From positions 7,952,925-7,989,911 of the forward strand of contig NC_068984.1 in NCBI RefSeq assembly GCF_001194135.2: a DNA stretch of 36,987 nt. The letters are read 5' to 3'. The translations under genes were made by a program, and so were the position numbers. Source of the stretch: Octopus bimaculoides. Its lineage: Eukaryota. Shown here piece by piece: positions 33,100 through 36,987 of the stretch. The notes below the pieces were generated by a model. It was not told the origin of the DNA and searched no databases. It saw only the letters and a list, made by a program, of their open reading frames with translations. Every line of letters starts with the position of its first letter. Positions within the stretch are counted from its first letter, which is position 1.

Positions 33100-33345
33100 G
33101 GAAGCGCGTGGCTTAGTCGTTAGGGTGTCAGCACCGTGATCGTAAGATTGTGGTTTCAATTCCTGTACCTGGCGACGCGTTGTGTTCTTGAGCAAAACAC
33201 TTCATTTCACATTGCTCCAGTCCACTCTGCTGGCAAAAATGAGTACCGCTGCGATGTACTGGCGTCCCGTCCAGCTGGAGAACGCATACGCCATTGAAAC
33301 CGGGAAACCGGCCCATGAGCCTGGCTAGGCTTTAAAAGGGTGCAT
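33100..33345 (+). mobile_element. tRNA-derived SINE family D1 (OR1/OR2-like)
   Basis: A box TGGCTTAGTCGTTAGG, B box GGTTTCAATTCC, CORE-like gttgtgttcttgagcaaaacacttc; tail shared with the next SINE. Confidence 0.88.
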
Positions 33346-33354
33346 TTATTTGTA

Positions 33355-33643
33355 GAGGCGCAATGGCCCAGTAGTTAGGGCAGTGGACTCGCGGTTTCGA
33401 TTCCCAGACCGGGCGGTGTGTGTGTTTATTGAGTGAAAACACCTAAAGCTCCACCAGGCTCTGGCAAGGGATGGTGGCGACCTCTGTTGTACTCTTTCGC
33501 CCCAACTTTCTCTCACTTTTTCTTCCTGTTTCTTGAGTAACGCTGCGATGGACTGGCGTCCTGTCCATCTGGTGGGGAACACATACGCCATAGAAACCGG
33601 GAAACTGGTCCTATGAGCCTGGTTAGACTTTAAAAGGGCGCAT
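33355..33643 (+). mobile_element. tRNA-derived SINE family D2 (OR1/OR2-like)
   Basis: A box TGGCCCAGTAGTTAGG, B box GGTTTCGATTCC; different middle region, same ~100-bp tail as 33248-33345. Confidence 0.88.
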
Positions 33644-34418
33644 AAAAAAATAACAGAAGCAAGGACCAAAAATATCTCTCAAGTTTTCAAGTACCAAAGA
33701 GTATCTCTTGTAAGCATGATCTAATTTTCATGAGGTGTTGTAGAAGATAGAGGTATCAACCACAAACCTCAGATATCTGTTCTTATCATAACACACAAAT
33801 ATGTCTTTTTTTTTAATGTATATTTTTACTTTTATGGAGTTGACTTTCAACATTGAAGAACGTGTTAATCCTTTCCGCATTTGTCATGGTTATTTTTGAT
33901 CGTGAATGTAAAATAATTTTGAAGAATACCTATTTACAACTAACAACAAAATCCTGAAGCCGTCAGGTTTCTGTATTATTGTTTTCGGTAATCGTTATTA
34001 TTATTGGAATTTGTTGTCGCTTCGACGAATAATGGTTCAAAAGGAAATAACTGTCTCTATGACGTGCAGGTCCCATTGCAGACTCGTGTTTTGTATAGCC
34101 TAGTAAAAGGAAGAAGTGTTGCCTACAACTCTGGTAACGGAGATAAAGAGCGAGGTATGGTGTACCTGAAGAGAACACGCTTTATATATTTGAACCAAAC
34201 CTTGTCCTTCAAATAGGACAAGCTTTGGTCCAAATACTTCCGACAAAGTGGATTTTACTTGATAAAGCCAAAAGTCTGGTGGTGATTTTAAACTGGGAAC
34301 TGGACTATATCAATAACGCGAAATGGAATCCTGCGCATTTTCTGTCAATATAATTTTACTCGTTTGATATCTTAGGTTTATATATCGATACTATCTTTTA
34401 TATATTTTATCGTTTAAT

Positions 34419-34701
34419 TTTTACTTGTTCGAGTCATTAGATTGCGGCCATGCTGGGACATGGCCTTGAAGAATTTTAGTCTAAAGAATCGGCTCCAGCA
34501 TGTTTTTTTTCCTGCCTGGTATTTATAATATCGTCGACTTTTGTCGAATCGCTATGTTACGGGGTCATAAACATATAAACACCGGTTGTCAAGCGGTGGT
34601 GGAAGACAAACACAGTCACAAAGATAGGCACACATTCGCGCACGCTAGCGCTCACACATAGCCACACACCTGCACACACATATACATACATAAGTACAAA
34701 A

Positions 34702-34739
<38 letters not shown>

Positions 34740-34765
34740 GAGTGTGTATGTATATGTATGTATAG

Positions 34766-34821
<56 letters not shown>

Positions 34822-35534
34822 NNNNNNNNNNNNNNNNNNNNNNNNNNNNNNNNNNNNNNNNNNNNNNNNNNNNNNNNNNNNNNNNNNNNNNNNNNNNNNN
34901 NNNNNNNNNNNNNNNNNNNNNNNNNNNNNNNNNNNNNNNNNNNNNNNNNNNNNNNNNNNNNNNNNNNNNNNNNNNNNNNNNNNNNNNNNNNNNNNNNNNN
35001 NNNNNNNNNNNNNNNNNNNNNNNNNNNNNNNNNNNNNNNNNNNNNNNNNNNNNNNNNNNNNNNNNNNNNNNNNNNNNNNNNNNNNNNNNNNNNNNNNNNN
35101 NNNNNNNNNNNNNNNNNNNNNNNNNNNNNNNNNNNNNNNNNNNNNNNNNNNNNNNNNNNNNNNNNNNNNNNNNNNNNNNNNNNNNNNNNNNNNNNNNNNN
35201 NNNNNNNNNNNNNNNNNNNNNNNNNNNNNNNNNNNNNNNNNNNNNNNNNNNNNNNNNNNNNNNNNNNNNNNNNNNNNNNNNNNNNNNNNNNNNNNNNNNN
35301 NNNNNNNNNNNNNNNNNNNNNNNNNNNNNNNNNNNNNNNNNNNNNNNATATATATATATATATACACACACATATATATATTCAGTTTCCGTCTACCAAA
35401 GAACCGCACCAGGCGTTGGTCGACCCAAGGCTGTTAGTAGAAGACATTGGGCAAATGTCTTCTACTAATGGAACTGAAGACATAACCATGTAGTTGGCAA
35501 GTAAGCTTCTTTCCACAGAATTACGTCTGCACCT
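34419..35534 (-). mobile_element. SINE family B copy with an expanded internal (TA)n and an assembly gap
   Basis: The 3' half (34419-34700) and 5' half (35375-35534) are colinear with 4479-4880. N gap 34822-35347 lies in the (TA)n. Confidence 0.85.
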
Positions 35535-36711
35535 ATGGTAAACGATGCTTAGAAAAGATGCCACGGTAGTGGAGTTTTGCAGCACACGACAGTACTTGCA
35601 CATAGATATTTAAAATAGACGAATATTTGGATTAAACAAACACAAAAAGACTGCAGTCACCTAGAATCTGTATAAAGTATTGTAATTTGATTTTTCTTTG
35701 TAAAGTTTGGGCAAGTTTAGGCAAATGTCTTTACTATAGCCTCGGAGAAAGAAAAAAAGGCGAAGGATTGCTCTGGAATAGTGGTAGAACATCTACCCTG
35801 ACCCAAATTATGTGCATTCGTCTCCCATGAGCAGCGTTCGGCATTTTCCATGTTTTTTTTTTAACCCGGTACTCAACGTGCTGTTATTTATAGCTTTATC
35901 TGCTTTGAGCTCTACCGTTAATAATCTGCTTGTTCGTCCACCCGTTATACAATAGTTAGTTAGAGAGGGGATGAAGTGAGTGAGAGGTGGAGTAAGAGTG
36001 AGAAAGAGAGAGAGGGCCGAGAGTTGAGAACGAAGAGAGGAAGAAGTAAAGAAAGGTGATTAATATTAATACACTTAGGCCAGATGCGTCACGTGATCAG
36101 TTGAAGGCAGAGGCGAAGAACGAGGGAAAAGAGGGAGACAAAAGTGTTTAAGGACGTGCGGTGGGTTGGGGAAGGAATACATATTACGTGGTTAAAAAGT
36201 TAGCTGAAGTGAAAAGCAGATCGAGAGGGGAGGGAGATAGAGAGAGAGAGAGGGAGAGGCAGATAGCAATGGTGGTGGTGGTGGTGGTGTCTTGATAGTG
36301 AATTTTTTTTTTTATTGAATTATTTATTTTTTTATGGCGACTATCGCATACGCATAACTGCAACTATTTATCGTCTGGTCTCACTTAAAAAAAAAAAGAA
36401 TTGATATTTGTTATTAAGGGTTAATTTAGTAACTTAGCTTAAACCGTGGATTCACAAGAAACACGGTTCCAAGCTGCCAGTGAAAAAGATGCATAGATAT
36501 AGAGCACGGATCAGAGAGCAACACTGAGAAGGTATAATAAAAAGAAGAAAATTGCGACACCGACAGATTCGTGAGGAAATAAATGTAGACGAACGCTAAG
36601 AAGGCTAAACTAGGAATGCTATAAAAATGCAGGCCATCTTTTCTTTCTTAAATAGGTCCTCTTAATTTTTTCCATTCTCTGGAATTTCTACGGGTCCCAC
36701 TAATAATAAAT

Positions 36712-36915
36712 ATTCTTTTCTACTCTAGGCACAAGGCCCGAAATTTTGGGGGAGGGGGCAGGCAGTCCATTAGATCGACCCCAGTGCGTAACTGGTACTT
36801 AATTTATCAACCCCGAAAGGATGAAAGGCAAAGTCGACCTCGGCGAAATTTGAACTCAGAACGTAAAGACAGACGAAACACCACTAAGCATTTCGCCCGG
36901 CGTGCTAACGTTTCT
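36712..36915 (-). mobile_element. tRNA-derived SINE family A (OK-like), head interrupted
   Basis: Very close to 29507-29719; the sequence stops at ..gctaacgtttct. Confidence 0.92.
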
Positions 36916-36987
36916 TATTTCTTTATTGCCCACAAGGGGTTAAACATAGAGGGGACAAACAAGGACAGACAAGCGGATTAATTCAAT
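36911..36987 (-). mobile_element. SINE family A alternative-tail copy, 3' end (runs off the window)
   Basis: Reverse complement of the 19622-19682 tail (tttattgcccacaagggg.taaacatagaggggacaaacaaggacagac). Confidence 0.88.

Noticed and set aside
34004-34216. 70-aa ORF with internal CAG acceptor and GAG|GTATGG donor-like sites
   Set aside because: Non-ATG start, no recognisable domain and weak splice context.
420-35493. Many 60-270 aa ORFs with poly-L/Y/N/I/K/R/HT/YI or X runs
   Set aside because: They are translations of microsatellites and N gaps, or antisense frames of retroelement fragments, and show no protein-like content.
36080-36190. E-box/ACGT motif cluster (GTCACGTGAT, GACGTG, TACGTGG) in GA-rich sequence
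   Set aside because: Short motifs without a linked transcript or exon; a promoter cannot be supported from sequence alone.
1-36987. CRISPR-like or prokaryotic systems
   Set aside because: No repeat-spacer arrays, operons or prokaryotic genes; the recurring units are SINEs, LINE tails and microsatellites.

Overview
AT-rich eukaryotic non-coding DNA, most likely from a coleoid cephalopod (Octopus-like; inferred from the SINE families and microsatellite load). I find no intact protein-coding gene, rRNA, genuine tRNA or CRISPR array. Most long ORFs in the track are microsatellite or N-gap artefacts. The window is a retroelement graveyard with these components: (1) more than 20 decayed fragments from at least 7 lineages of R4/Dong-clade non-LTR retrotransposons (RT, CCHC knuckle, restriction-like endonuclease), mostly set in strand-matched (TAA)n tracts; (2) many tRNA-derived SINEs of several families; (3) an RTE-clade RT remnant; (4) a decayed mariner transposon with a nested insertion; (5) an unclassified ~560-bp (TAA)n-flanked element, including a 455-bp inverted-duplication hairpin. 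The most interesting signals are a tRNA-headed SINE whose tail carries a Penelope-type minimal hammerhead ribozyme motif (31841-31886), a covarying two-stem 3'UTR RNA structure shared by divergent Dong-like lineages, an in-frame RT-less deletion derivative, and two quasi-palindrome template-switch mutations, one of which erased the RT catalytic YMDD motif. All calls come from manual translation and pairing. No database search was run, and element boundaries are approximate (about +/-20 bp unless stated). Assembly gaps lie at 2008-2112, 4929-5079, 7664-7920, 15310-15319, 19751-19773, 23310-23562, 25507-25738 and 34822-35347.
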